A stretch of 64,000 nt of DNA. It comes from Candidatus Latescibacterota bacterium. Its GTDB lineage: Bacteria; Latescibacterota; UBA2968; GCA-2709665. A model generated the notes under the pieces. That model had not been told where the DNA came from and did no database searches. It worked only from the letters and a program-made list of their open reading frames with translations. Both the position numbers and the translations under genes were made by a program. Shown one piece after another: positions 49,082 to 59,274 of the stretch (position 1 is the stretch's first letter; every line of letters begins with the position of its first letter). The stretch covers positions 3,680,001-3,744,000 of the forward strand of contig OZ242180.1 of NCBI GenBank assembly GCA_965205485.1, given 5' to 3'.

Positions 49082-50779
49082 ATGGCCTATCGTGTAATCG
49101 CCCGCGAATGGCGCCCTGACGTTTTTCAGGACGTGGTCGCGCAGGAGCATATCGTTCAGACGTTGCAGAATGCCATCCGATCGGATCGCGTCGTCCAGGC
49201 GTATCTGTTCTGCGGCCCACGCGGAACGGGAAAGACGACGATGGCGCGGCTGTTGGCGAAGGCGTTCAACTGCGAAAACGGTCCCACGCCGGAGCCCTGC
49301 GGCAGTTGCGGATTCTGCACGGCGATCGCCGACAATAAGAGCATGGACGTCCTGGAGATAGACGGGGCGTCGAATCGCGGCATCGACGAAATCCGGCAGC
49401 TGCGGGAGGAAGTCGGATTCGCCGCAACCAGGGGCAAGCGCAAGGTCTACATCATAGATGAAGTACACATGCTCACCGCGGAGGCCTTCAATGCGCTCCT
49501 GAAGACGCTCGAGGAGCCGCCGCCTCACGTGGTGTTCGTCCTGGCCACCACGGAGCCGCACCGGATGCCGGAGACGATTCTTTCCCGCTGCCAGCGGTAC
49601 AATTTCCGGCGGATATCCACCGAGGCCATCGTCGGGCAGCTTCGAAAGATCCTGGATGCGGAGGAGATCGAATCGGAAGACGAGGCGTTGTTTCTTCTGG
49701 CGAGGAAAGCCGACGGCGCGCTGCGCGACGCCGAGAATCTGCTGGACCAGTCCATCGCGTATGCGGACGGGTCCGTCTCTGCCGGCGCCGTTAGGGATCT
49801 GCTGGGCGTCATTCCGTCGGACACGTTCTTCGAACTGACGCAGGCCATGCTCGATTCGGACACGGCGGCGGCGCTGCACAAGGTGGGTCTTGTGCTGGAT
49901 GGCGGCGGCGATGCCGGCGAGTTCACGCAGGGATTGCTGGAACATGTCCGGCATCTGCTGGTGGCGCGCGTATCGGATGGCCTTGCAGGCGACGATCTGT
50001 CCGAGGCCGACAAGGCAAGATACCGTGAGACCGGCGCGCGATTCCGCGAGGAAGACCTCCTGCGCATGTTGCAGGCGGTTTCCGATCTCGAGGCGAGGCT
50101 GGGTCGGGTTTCAAACCCCCGGTTCTGGCTGGAGCTGACCGTGTTGAAGCTGGTGAAGATGGCGCCATCCGAGTCCGTCATGGAAGTCATGGCGCGACTG
50201 GACCGGCTTGAAGGCCTGCTGCGTAAGGGCGGGACGTCAGGCGAGCGAAAACCCGGACCTGCCCCGCCCGCCGGCGCAAGCCGCGAACCGGCGCAGGCGG
50301 TCCCTCAACGTCCAGCAGGTCGAACGTCATCGCCGGACCTCGCTGATGAAGCGAAGCAGCCTGTCGCCGCCCCCCCGGCGCGGCCGCCGACCGCACCGCC
50401 AGGCGAGAATGAACCGTCACCGTCGTACGACCTCACGTTCGATGACGTGCGGAAGAAGTGGCCGGACCTTATTGAGCATGTCAGGATGCAAAAGATGAGC
50501 CTCGGGACGTTTCTGGCCGAGGGCAGACCGGTGGCGTTGAAGGACCAAATGTTGGATCTGGTCTTCATGGCCGACAAAACCTTTCACGCCGAGCAGGTGA
50601 GGCGCAACGAGGCGTATATGGAGGAAGCGACGGCCGAAGTCCTTGGCGTTTCCCTGCGTGTCCGGTGCGAATTGGACGAGGCCGAAGCCGGCGGCGCAGC
50701 GCAGGACGACAGCGAGCCGGCCGATGAACGCGTCCGGATGGCGATCGAAGTCTTCGATGGAGAGGTTGTGGGAGGTTAG
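49082..50779 (+). CDS. dnaX: DNA polymerase III subunit gamma/tau
   Basis: GPRGTGKTT, EIDGASN, IIDEVHML, TILSRCQ. Confidence 0.97.
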   Translation: MAYRVIAREWRPDVFQDVVAQEHIVQTLQNAIRSDRVVQAYLFCGPRGTGKTTMARLLAKAFNCENGPTPEPCGSCGFCTAIADNKSMDVLEIDGASNRGIDEIRQLREEVGFAATRGKRKVYIIDEVHMLTAEAFNALLKTLEEPPPHVVFVLATTEPHRMPETILSRCQRYNFRRISTEAIVGQLRKILDAEEIESEDEALFLLARKADGALRDAENLLDQSIAYADGSVSAGAVRDLLGVIPSDTFFELTQAMLDSDTAAALHKVGLVLDGGGDAGEFTQGLLEHVRHLLVARVSDGLAGDDLSEADKARYRETGARFREEDLLRMLQAVSDLEARLGRVSNPRFWLELTVLKLVKMAPSESVMEVMARLDRLEGLLRKGGTSGERKPGPAPPAGASREPAQAVPQRPAGRTSSPDLADEAKQPVAAPPARPPTAPPGENEPSPSYDLTFDDVRKKWPDLIEHVRMQKMSLGTFLAEGRPVALKDQMLDLVFMADKTFHAEQVRRNEAYMEEATAEVLGVSLRVRCELDEAEAGGAAQDDSEPADERVRMAIEVFDGEVVGG

Positions 50780-50799
50780 CACCACCAGGGGAGAGCGCA

Positions 50800-51123
50800 A
50801 TGGCAAAGGGCATGGCAGGTATGATGAAGCAGGCCCAGAAGCTGCAAGTCAGACTGGCGAAGGTACAGGAGGAACTCGCGTCGAAGGAGGTTGAGGGATC
50901 GTCCGGAGGCGGCATGGTGGTGGCGCGGGCGAACGGACAACAGCATATTGTCGGCGTCCGCATCGACCCGGAGGTGGTCGATCCCGAAGACGTGGAGATG
51001 CTGGAGGATCTGATCATGGCCGCCATTCAGCAGGCCAGGGAGAAGGCGCAGGAGATGGCCGACCGTGAGATGCAGAAGGCAACGTCGGGCATGTTGCCGC
51101 CGGGCGTCAACCTGGGCCTGTAG
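50800..51123 (+). CDS. ybaB: YbaB/EbfC nucleoid-associated protein
   Basis: MKQAQKLQ, SSGGGMV, DVEMLEDLI; between dnaX and recR. Confidence 0.95.
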   Translation: MAKGMAGMMKQAQKLQVRLAKVQEELASKEVEGSSGGGMVVARANGQQHIVGVRIDPEVVDPEDVEMLEDLIMAAIQQAREKAQEMADREMQKATSGMLPPGVNLGL

Positions 51124-51191
51124 GTACCGGCCGCCGCTCGATTTCCCATGCAGGAATGCGGTCGGGGTATCCGCTTTCGAGGAGAGTCAGG

Positions 51192-51785
51192 ATGGCTTCC
51201 AATGCCATCGATCGGCTGGCGGCGGGTCTGGGGCGGCTGCCGGGTATCGGCGAAAAGTCCGCGCGGCGAATCGCGCTCGACGTTTTGACCTGGAAGACCG
51301 AAGACGTACGCGCGCTGGCCGAACTGCTGGTGGAGGTGAAGACACGTGTCCGTACGTGTGGCGCGTGCTTCAACCTTTCGGAGAGCGACCCCTGCCCCAT
51401 CTGCGGGGATGAGCGGCGTGACGGGTCTCAGGTGATGGTTGTGGATTTTGTCGGCGACCTGCTGGCAATGGAACGCATGCAGGCCTATCGCGGCCTGTAT
51501 CACGTTCTCGGTGGGCGGATCTCTCCCCTGGACGGAATAGGACCGGAAGAACTGAACATTCAACCACTCATTGCGCGGCTGAACGGCGGCGGTATCCGGG
51601 AGGTCATTCTGGCGAATGGTCCCACCGTCGAGGGCGACGCGACCGCGCAATACCTCAACCAGGTCCTGGGAACACACGACGTGACCGTAACGCAGATCGC
51701 CAGGGGCCTTCCCGTCGGCAGCGACCTCGCCCTCGCCGATCAGGTTACGCTTTCCCGTGCGCTGGATGGACGCAGAGAACTATGA
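51192..51785 (+). CDS. recR: Recombination mediator RecR
   Basis: LPGIGEKSARR, C4 zinc finger, YHVLGG, TVEGDAT. Confidence 0.96.
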   Translation: MASNAIDRLAAGLGRLPGIGEKSARRIALDVLTWKTEDVRALAELLVEVKTRVRTCGACFNLSESDPCPICGDERRDGSQVMVVDFVGDLLAMERMQAYRGLYHVLGGRISPLDGIGPEELNIQPLIARLNGGGIREVILANGPTVEGDATAQYLNQVLGTHDVTVTQIARGLPVGSDLALADQVTLSRALDGRREL

Positions 51786-52432
51786 ACCGTACCGACACAC
51801 TCCGCGGCAGTTCGCAGGGGATCCGGCTGCCCAAGCCGCAGCCTGCCGACCGCATGGTCACGTTTCCCAATTTCCTGACGGGTCTGAGGATTGTCCTCAC
51901 GCCTGTCTTTCTGGCGCTGATTTTTTCGGACAGCGGATTCAACAAGATCCTGGCGCTGCTTGTTTTCACCGTGGCCTCGCTGACCGACTTCTTCGACGGC
52001 TGGTTCGCGCGCCGCGACAAAACCGTAACCAGCCTCGGACGATTCATGGATCCGCTTGCCGACAAGCTGCTGGTTTCCTCCGCCCTCGTCTCCTTCGTAC
52101 TCCTGGGGATGGTGGAAGCGTGGCTGGTTGGCGCTATGCTGATCCGGGATGCCGTGATTACCAGCCTGCGCGTATACGCGATCCGCAAGGGACGTCCTGT
52201 CGTCACGTCAAGACTGGCGAAATGGAAGACCATGCTGCAGCTCGTGCTGGCGTTCGGCATCCTTGTGTTCATCAACGTGCGCGTGATCACCGCTGAGCTG
52301 ACTTCTCAGCCCCTGGTACTGGTGGATTCGGGTTCGCAGATGGTGCTGAACGTCCTTGTAGCGGCGGTGACTCTGCTGGCGGTTGTGTCGGGCGTCCTCT
52401 ACCTGGTGGAGCATGGCCGCGACCCGGCCTGA
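51782..52432 (+). CDS. pgsA: CDP-diacylglycerol--glycerol-3-phosphate 3-phosphatidyltransferase
   Basis: PNFLTGLR, TDFFDGWFAR...GRFMDPLADK. Confidence 0.93.
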   Translation: MNRTDTLRGSSQGIRLPKPQPADRMVTFPNFLTGLRIVLTPVFLALIFSDSGFNKILALLVFTVASLTDFFDGWFARRDKTVTSLGRFMDPLADKLLVSSALVSFVLLGMVEAWLVGAMLIRDAVITSLRVYAIRKGRPVVTSRLAKWKTMLQLVLAFGILVFINVRVITAELTSQPLVLVDSGSQMVLNVLVAAVTLLAVVSGVLYLVEHGRDPA

Positions 52433-52594
52433 GAAGCTGTCTTAAAATTCCCAGCGGTCTTCGCGCGGCTGCAAAAGCGCCGGTCGGCGTTGGTCAAATC
52501 CACCCGTATAGACAAATATGGGCGGATTTTCCCGCCTTGACCGCCGCTTTTTCGCTCGCGCTCGGGAACTCACTGGTAATTCTAAAACAGCTTC
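52433..52594. mobile_element. MITE-like element with terminal inverted repeats, flanked by TGA direct repeats
   Basis: TGA|GAAGCTGTCTTAAAATT ... AATTCTAAAACAGCTTC|TGA. Confidence 0.8.
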
Positions 52595-52620
52595 TGAGCA
52601 GGGGATCGGAGGCCGCTGAC

Positions 52621-53082
52621 TTGAATCCGTGGACCCGGCTGCTTGCCACCGGCTTTTTCTCCGGATACGTACCGGTTGCGCCGGGTACGGCAGGCACGGC
52701 AGCCGCAATGGTTCCGTACCTGGTGGCCAGTTGGCTTGCACCGGGTTTCGGAGCGCTTCCGTGGGTCCTGTTTCTGGTCCTGGTTTCCGGGGTGGCGGTT
52801 TACGCCGCTTCCGCGGGAGAAGATGCCTGGGGCCCTGACCCCGGGCCGGTCGTTATTGACGAGTTTGTGGGATTTTACGTCACGGTAGCCTTCCTGCCGC
52901 TGTCACCTGCGGTGGGGGTTGCCGGATTTTTTATTTTCCGGGCACTGGATATCCTGAAGCCGCCGCCTGCGCGCGCGTCGGAAAAGCTGCCCCGCGGATG
53001 GGGCGTGGTGATGGACGATGTGATTGCGGGGATATACGGGAATCTTCTGATACGGGCCGGGCTGTCCCTGTGGAGCGGGTAA
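52621..53082 (+). CDS. pgpA: Phosphatidylglycerophosphatase A
   Basis: GYVPVAPGTAGT, DPGPVVIDE, FRALDILKP, GVVMDD; TTG start after GGAGG. Confidence 0.93.
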   Translation: MNPWTRLLATGFFSGYVPVAPGTAGTAAAMVPYLVASWLAPGFGALPWVLFLVLVSGVAVYAASAGEDAWGPDPGPVVIDEFVGFYVTVAFLPLSPAVGVAGFFIFRALDILKPPPARASEKLPRGWGVVMDDVIAGIYGNLLIRAGLSLWSG

Positions 53083-53088
53083 CACCTC

Positions 53089-53658
53089 ATGGCGAAGCTT
53101 CGCGCATTCGTGGCCGTCGAACCTCCCGCGTCACTGGTCCCTGTCTATCAGGCCGCGAGGCGATTCCTTGCGGACCTGGACGCTCGGCTTAGATGGGTGC
53201 GGCCCGAGGGCGTGCATCTCACCCTCAAGTTTCTGGGAAACGTGCAAATTGCGTGCGTGCCGGTCATTCTGAAGGCGATGCGGGCGGTGGCCGGACAGGC
53301 GCCGCCGATGGCGTTGCGTACTTCGGGAGTGGGTGCGCCGAATCCGAATCGGGCGCGGGTGATCTGGCTGGAGGTGGGCGGGGAGACGGCGATTCTGGAC
53401 AGGCTGCAGGCCGACGTTGAGGAAGCCATGGTCGGGATCGGGTTCGAAAAGGAGGAACGGCGGTTCCATCCGCACCTGACCCTTGCCCGCGCAAGAAGCA
53501 GGGCGGTGCGGTTGCCTTCCGATTTGACCTCAGCTGTCCCGTCCACGCATTTTGTGGCGGACCGCATATCACTGTACAGCAGTGAGTTACGACCCGAAGG
53601 CGCCGTGTATAACGCGTTGGGCCACGCGCCGCTTTCCGGGGCGCCGGGCAGGGGTTGA
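53089..53658 (+). CDS. thpR: RNA 2',3'-cyclic phosphodiesterase
   Basis: Two HxT motifs (HLTLKFLG, FHPHLTLAR). Confidence 0.92.
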   Translation: MAKLRAFVAVEPPASLVPVYQAARRFLADLDARLRWVRPEGVHLTLKFLGNVQIACVPVILKAMRAVAGQAPPMALRTSGVGAPNPNRARVIWLEVGGETAILDRLQADVEEAMVGIGFEKEERRFHPHLTLARARSRAVRLPSDLTSAVPSTHFVADRISLYSSELRPEGAVYNALGHAPLSGAPGRG

Positions 53659-53710
53659 CCCGCCGGGGAGTCAGGGTGCCGCGGGATGGTCTTTTTCGAA
53701 CGGGCAGGGC

Positions 53711-53829
53711 TTGACTTCCCGCTGGACTGCGGATATATTATATTTTCGATCCGAATGCCCGCCCTGGTTTTTCTTCCTGCGGTTCGCGCAAAATACAGCC
53801 TTGATTAATATACAAATGTTCACTATATT
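53711..53829 (+). promoter_or_regulatory. Tandem recA promoters; the proximal one carries a candidate SOS box
   Basis: TTGACT-17-TATATT (53711-53739) and TTGATT-17-TATATT (53801-53829) with ATACAAATGTTC in the spacer. Confidence 0.65.
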
Positions 53830-53927
53830 TTGTGACCACACACGTTGCGGCGCAGAGAATCGGGCTCCTCAAAGGCCGTGGGCTGCGCCGTGATCCAACA
53901 GGTCAATTCAGTCAGGAGGGGCAGGCA

Positions 53928-54968
53928 ATGGCGAAGTCCAGTGGCGCCGGCAAGGAAAAGGCCATCGATCTGGCCATTTCACAAATCGAGAAGCAGTTCG
54001 GGCAGGGTTCCATAATGCGGCTGGGCGGCGAAGAGGGCGGGCAGGTGGCCGTCGAAGTCATTCCAACCGGCGCTCTCGCACTGGACGTCGCCCTTGGTGC
54101 GGGTGGGGTCCCGCGGGGCCGGGTGGTCGAAATTTACGGTCCTGAAGGTTCCGGAAAGACCACACTGACCCTGCACGTCATCGCGGAAGCGCAAAGGAAG
54201 GGCGGAACCTGTGCCTTTGTCGATGCGGAGCATGCGCTCAATGTAGAACTTGCGGAACGGATCGGTGTCGATCTTGAGAACCTTCTCATCTCGCAGCCCG
54301 ATACCGGGGAGGAGGCCCTGGAAATCACCGACACGCTCGTGCGCAGCGGCGGGTTCGACGTGGTCGTGGTGGACTCCGTCGCGGCGCTCGTGCCGCGTGC
54401 GGAACTTGAGGGAGACATGGGCGATTCCCACGTGGGTTTGCAGGCGCGGCTGATGTCTCAGGCCCTGCGCAAGCTGTCCGGATCGATCAGCAGGTCCAAG
54501 ACATGCGTGATGTTCACCAACCAGATCAGGATGAAAATCGGTGTGATGTTCGGCAATCCGGAAACGACCTCGGGCGGAAACGCGCTTAAATTCTATGCGT
54601 CCGTACGCATGGATATCCGACGCATCGGCGCTATCAAGGATGGTCAGGAAGTCACGGGTAACCGGGTCCGGGTCCGGGTTGTCAAGAACAAGATGGCCGC
54701 GCCGTTCAAGGAGGCGGAGTTCGATCTGATGTTCGGCGAAGGCATCTCGAGAGAGGGCAGTCTTCTGGATATCGCCGAACTTCACGGCATTGTCAGCAAG
54801 AGCGGTACCTGGTTTTCCTATGGCAGCGATCGCCTGGGGCAGGGGCGGGAGAACGTAAAGAACCATCTGAAGGAACAACCGGAACTTGCCGAGGAAATCG
54901 AATCCCGGGTGCGTGAGGCCGTGGGTCTGGCGGACAACGGTGCGGCCAAGGCGGGCGACAGCGCCTGA
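53928..54968 (+). CDS. recA: Recombinase RecA
   Basis: [40 protein letters not shown]. Confidence 0.99.
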   Translation: MAKSSGAGKEKAIDLAISQIEKQFGQGSIMRLGGEEGGQVAVEVIPTGALALDVALGAGGVPRGRVVEIYGPEGSGKTTLTLHVIAEAQRKGGTCAFVDAEHALNVELAERIGVDLENLLISQPDTGEEALEITDTLVRSGGFDVVVVDSVAALVPRAELEGDMGDSHVGLQARLMSQALRKLSGSISRSKTCVMFTNQIRMKIGVMFGNPETTSGGNALKFYASVRMDIRRIGAIKDGQEVTGNRVRVRVVKNKMAAPFKEAEFDLMFGEGISREGSLLDIAELHGIVSKSGTWFSYGSDRLGQGRENVKNHLKEQPELAEEIESRVREAVGLADNGAAKAGDSA

Positions 54969-55079
54969 GCCGCATACCGGAGCGTACGCGGATGGCGTTG
55001 TACGTGACCTGCGCGGCGGAACGCCAGGGCTGCCCGGAAAGGCGGGGAGTTGGCATTTCCAGCCATCGAGGTGCCGCGG

Positions 55080-55610
55080 ATGAAACCGAAATCCAGTTCG
55101 CCGCCGCATCGCCCGAATACCGCCGAAAGGGCGAAGAACGCGGCGTTTCGACTTCTGAGCGCACGCGCGTATTCGTGCGAGGAGATTAGAGAAAGGTTGC
55201 GTCGCCGGGGGTTTCAGGAGCCCGTGGTCGAGCGGACCCTCGACGAGTTGCGGCGGCTGAAGCTGGTCGACGATCGGGACTACGCGCTTCGCTTCGTTCA
55301 GGAGCGTATGCGATCCCGGCCCGCGGGCCGGGCGCTGCTGCGTCACGACCTGAATAAGCGGGGAATCGACTCCGCTACGGCCGAGGACGTGCTGGACGAG
55401 GTGTTCAAGGGCGTCGATCCCGAAGGTGTCGCCCTGGATCTCCTGAGGTCGCGCAGGAGACACTACGACGGCGTCGACAGGCGCAAAGCGCTTTCCCGCA
55501 TGTACGGGTTCCTGGGGCGCCGCGGATTCGGCGCCGTGGCGCACGCGGCAGCGAAGCGGGCCTGGCTGGAATTCAGTCAAAGCGGTCACGACGGCGGAGC
55601 GGATTCCTAA
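55080..55610 (+). CDS. recX: Regulatory protein RecX
   Basis: AFRLLSARAYS..EIRERL, LVDDRDYA, FLGRRGF; follows recA. Confidence 0.9.
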   Translation: MKPKSSSPPHRPNTAERAKNAAFRLLSARAYSCEEIRERLRRRGFQEPVVERTLDELRRLKLVDDRDYALRFVQERMRSRPAGRALLRHDLNKRGIDSATAEDVLDEVFKGVDPEGVALDLLRSRRRHYDGVDRRKALSRMYGFLGRRGFGAVAHAAAKRAWLEFSQSGHDGGADS

Positions 55611-55697
55611 GCCGGAACCGGCCGCATCCCGTGCAAAACCCGGTGCGGCGCCAGGCGCGGCGGTTCGCGTGTACCTTTGTCATTGCTATATCAATCC

Positions 55698-58319
55698 ATG
55701 AAATCTTCAGCCGACATCCGTGAAGAGTATCTTCGATACTTCGAAGACAGAGGCCACACGATCGTGCCGAGCGCGCCCGTGGCGCCGCAGGACGATGCCA
55801 CCCTGCTGTTTACAAATGCAGGGATGAATCAGTTCAAGGACGTGTTTCTGGGCACCGGCCGCCGGGATTACCGCCGGGCGGTGGATACCCAGAAATGCAT
55901 CCGCGTATCGGGGCATCACAACGACCTTGAAGAGGTGGGCTTCAGTGCGCAGCACCATACGTTCTTCGAAATGCTGGGCAACTGGTCGTTCGGAGACTAT
56001 TTCAAGCGGGAGGCCATCGCATGGGCCTGGGAACTGTTGACCGAGGTCTGGCAGTTGCCCAGGGAGCGACTCTGCGCCACGGTATTCGGCGGTGACGCCG
56101 GCGACGGACTGGCGGCGGACGAGGAGGCGGAAGCGCTCTGGACGGAGGTGACGGACCTCCCCGCCGAGCGGGTCATTCGGCTGGACAAGACGGACAACTT
56201 CTGGCAGATGGGCGAGACCGGTCCGTGCGGTCCGTGTTCGGAGGTGCACTACTATCTGGGTGACGATCCGGCTTCGTGGTTCCGCGAGGTTCCGGACCTT
56301 GACGGTCCCGAGACGTCGGAAATCTGGAATCTCGTCTTCATTCAGTTCAACCGGGATGCCGAAGGCGTTCTGCATCCACTTCCCGAAAAGCACGTGGATA
56401 CCGGCATGGGGTTCGAGCGCATCTGCACCGTACTCCAGGGGGTGGAATCCACCTACGATACCGATCTGTTTCAGCCTATTCTCACCAGGATCAGCGAGGT
56501 CACCGGGAAATCCTATGACGACGAAAACAGGGTGGCGATGCGCGTGATCGCCGACCACATCCGCACGCTCTGTTTTGCGGTTGCAGACGGCGTGCTGCCA
56601 TCCAACGAAGGGCGGGGGTACGTGCTGCGGCGTATCCTCAGGCGGGCGGCGCGTTACGGGCGCACGCTGGAGATGGACGATCCGTTCATTCACGGGCTGG
56701 TGCCCGTTGTTGTGCGCGTAATGGGGACTGTGTTTCCCGAGGTGACTCAGCAGGCTGACCACATCTCCCGGGTCATCCGGTCCGAGGAAGAAGGGTTCGG
56801 GAAAACGCTCGACCGGGGGCTTGAGATGTTCGAGGTCGTCTCCAGGGACGGAAGAATCTCCGGACAGGACGCGTTTCGCCTGTATGACACCTACGGTTTT
56901 CCAATCGACCTCACGCAGCTGATGTGCGCGGAGCGCGGGCTGGAGGTGGACCTGGACGGGTTTGAAGCGGAGATGGCCGCCCAGCAGGCGCGGTCGCGCG
57001 AGGCGGGGCGGAGGGTCTTCGCGTCCCGGGAGGCGGTGTCCAACGATTTTCTTCCTCCGGAACATTCCGTGTTCGTCGGATACGATCGCCTGACGCTCGA
57101 CACGTTCGTGGTGGCGTGCAGGGCGGCGGAGGACGGCAGGTTGGATGTGTACCTGAGAGAGACGCCGTTCTACGCCGAAGCCGGCGGGCAGGTGGGGGAT
57201 CGGGGACGGATTCAAAACGGAGATCTGGAGGTACTGGTCGACGAGACTTTCCGTTCTGGCGAGGGCATCGTGCACCGGGGGCGTCTGAGGCGGGGTTGCG
57301 CCGACGCGCTGGAGTGCGCACACGTGGAGGCGCGGGTTGACGCGGGGCGCCGGATGGAGACCGCCCGAAACCATACCGCGACTCATCTGCTTCACGAGGC
57401 CCTCCGCCAGGTACTCGGCAACCACGTGAATCAGGCCGGGTCGCTGGTCGCGCCGGACCGGCTGCGGTTCGACTTCAACCACTTCGAGGCCGTTACGCTT
57501 GCGCAGCAGGACGAGATCGTCCGTATTGTGAACCGGGTGATCCGCCGGGACCTCAGAGTGGATACCGATATGGTCGGTCTCGAAGAGGCGCGGCGTAACG
57601 GCGCCCGGATGTTGTTTTCCGAAAAATACGGCGACGTGGTGCGCACGGTGCGGATCGGGGACTTCAGCCTCGAGCTGTGCGGCGGTACCCACGTGGGATC
57701 GACGGGTCAGATCGGCATGCTCCAGCTGACGGCCGAGACGGGAACCGCCGCCGGCGTTCGGCGGATGGAGGCGGTCACCGGGGCGGGTGTCGAGGCCCTC
57801 ATCAGGAGACAACGGTCCACGCTTGCCGAACTGGAGAGTATGTTGAGCGTGGAGGCCGACGCATTGCCCGATCGCGTCAATCGGTTGATCTCCAGGGGCA
57901 GGGAACTCGAGCGGACGGTACAATCCATTCGCAGCGCATCGGCCGGGGAGCAGATGCGCGACGTGGCGGGCGCCGCGGTGGAGGTGGACGGGGTCCGGGT
58001 GGTGGCTACCGCCGTCCAGCCGGCGGACATGGAGGCATTTCGCGAAATGGGCGACCGGCTTCGTGAAACCCTGGGTTCGGGTGTGGGCGTGCTGGGCGCG
58101 GCGCTGAACGGCAAGGCCTCGCTGATCGCGGTGGTTACGGACGACCTCATCCAGCGGGGCGTACAGGCGGGCAATATCGTCAAGGCGGTGGCGGAACGGG
58201 TGGGCGGCGGCGGCGGCGGACGGCCCCATCTTGCACAGGCAGGGGGCAGACATCCCGAAAAGATGTCCGACGCGCTTGCCGAAGTCCCCGAGATCGTCCG
58301 GTTACAGTTGAAAGGGTAA
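55698..58319 (+). CDS. alaS: Alanine--tRNA ligase
   Basis: LLFTNAGM, HHTFFEMLGN, DTGMGFER, HTATHLLH, ELCGGTH, GGGGG. Confidence 0.99.
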   Translation: MKSSADIREEYLRYFEDRGHTIVPSAPVAPQDDATLLFTNAGMNQFKDVFLGTGRRDYRRAVDTQKCIRVSGHHNDLEEVGFSAQHHTFFEMLGNWSFGDYFKREAIAWAWELLTEVWQLPRERLCATVFGGDAGDGLAADEEAEALWTEVTDLPAERVIRLDKTDNFWQMGETGPCGPCSEVHYYLGDDPASWFREVPDLDGPETSEIWNLVFIQFNRDAEGVLHPLPEKHVDTGMGFERICTVLQGVESTYDTDLFQPILTRISEVTGKSYDDENRVAMRVIADHIRTLCFAVADGVLPSNEGRGYVLRRILRRAARYGRTLEMDDPFIHGLVPVVVRVMGTVFPEVTQQADHISRVIRSEEEGFGKTLDRGLEMFEVVSRDGRISGQDAFRLYDTYGFPIDLTQLMCAERGLEVDLDGFEAEMAAQQARSREAGRRVFASREAVSNDFLPPEHSVFVGYDRLTLDTFVVACRAAEDGRLDVYLRETPFYAEAGGQVGDRGRIQNGDLEVLVDETFRSGEGIVHRGRLRRGCADALECAHVEARVDAGRRMETARNHTATHLLHEALRQVLGNHVNQAGSLVAPDRLRFDFNHFEAVTLAQQDEIVRIVNRVIRRDLRVDTDMVGLEEARRNGARMLFSEKYGDVVRTVRIGDFSLELCGGTHVGSTGQIGMLQLTAETGTAAGVRRMEAVTGAGVEALIRRQRSTLAELESMLSVEADALPDRVNRLISRGRELERTVQSIRSASAGEQMRDVAGAAVEVDGVRVVATAVQPADMEAFREMGDRLRETLGSGVGVLGAALNGKASLIAVVTDDLIQRGVQAGNIVKAVAERVGGGGGGRPHLAQAGGRHPEKMSDALAEVPEIVRLQLKG

Positions 58320-58328
58320 TCTTCATCC

Positions 58329-59075
58329 ATGTCGACGTACGACCACCTCAAGTCAGTTCTTTCAAAGCGGGGCGCGGGGTTCCTCTGCCTCCTGGATCCC
58401 GATCGGATGGACAAGCAGGACCTGGTTCACACGGCAGCGATGTGCGAGGAGAACGGAGCTGACGCCCTGCTGATGGGCGGTAGTTTTCTGCTTTATACCG
58501 ATTTCGACAGGGTGGTACGGGAGGTCAAACGCGCCGTGGGGCTGCCCTTGCTGATTTTCCCCGGTCCCGACATGAACCAGGTCTCGTCCGCGGCTGACGC
58601 GATTCTGTTTCTTTGCATGATCAGCGGGCGAAATCCGGACCTGCTGATCGGGCAGCAGGTCAAGGCGGCCCCGATCGTCAAGGCGTATGGTCTCGAGACG
58701 ATTTCAACCGGTTACATGCTGGTGGATTCCGGGCGGCAGACCACGGTCGAATATATCAGCAATACCAAACCGATGCCCGGAGACAAGCCTGAGATTGCGG
58801 CGGCGCACGCGCTGGCTGCCCAGTACCTCGGCATGCAATGCGTCTATCTGGACGCGGGCAGCGGCGCCGATCGGATGGTTTCCGACGAAATGGTCGCTGC
58901 GGTTTCGGGAAACGTATCCATACCCGTGATAGCGGGAGGAGGCATTCGGAAGCCGCGGGATGCCGGCGCGAAGGCTGCGGCAGGCGCCGATTTTGTGGTG
59001 GTGGGCAGTATACTGGAAGCAAAACGGGACCCCGCGCTGGTACGTGAGTTTGCCGGGGCCGTCCACTGCGGGTAG
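58329..59075 (+). CDS. Geranylgeranylglyceryl-phosphate synthase (group II PcrB/GGGPS family)
   Basis: LLDPD, MGGS, IFPG, ISGRNPDLLIGQQ, TGYML, YLDAGSGA, GGGIR. Confidence 0.88.
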   Translation: MSTYDHLKSVLSKRGAGFLCLLDPDRMDKQDLVHTAAMCEENGADALLMGGSFLLYTDFDRVVREVKRAVGLPLLIFPGPDMNQVSSAADAILFLCMISGRNPDLLIGQQVKAAPIVKAYGLETISTGYMLVDSGRQTTVEYISNTKPMPGDKPEIAAAHALAAQYLGMQCVYLDAGSGADRMVSDEMVAAVSGNVSIPVIAGGGIRKPRDAGAKAAAGADFVVVGSILEAKRDPALVREFAGAVHCG

Positions 59076-59106
59076 ACTTCTGCAGGCTGGAATACAGGTT
59101 CAACGC

Positions 59107-59135
59107 AACCGCCGGGAAGGACTCTGGCGGTTTTT
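59107..59135 (+). terminator. Intrinsic terminator
   Basis: AACCGCCGGG...TCTGGCGGTT followed by a T tract. Confidence 0.7.
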
Positions 59136-59274
59136 GTTTCGTTCAGGGGCGTCGGGGTTCCGGCGAGTGACGACCAGGCGCGTGGGGAAAGGCCCGGCAG
59201 CGCTTGACACGATGACTGGATTTAGATAGATTGTTCACTTCCGGCATGGGCTATCATAACGGCACGAACAGGTT

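Noticed and set aside
49082..50779. Programmed frameshift in dnaX
   Set aside because: No A_AAA_AAG or long A-run slippery site seen.
52537..52620. N-terminal extension of PgpA in the ORF track
   Set aside because: The extension is read through the MITE; a TTG start at 52621 has a good RBS and gives the normal length.
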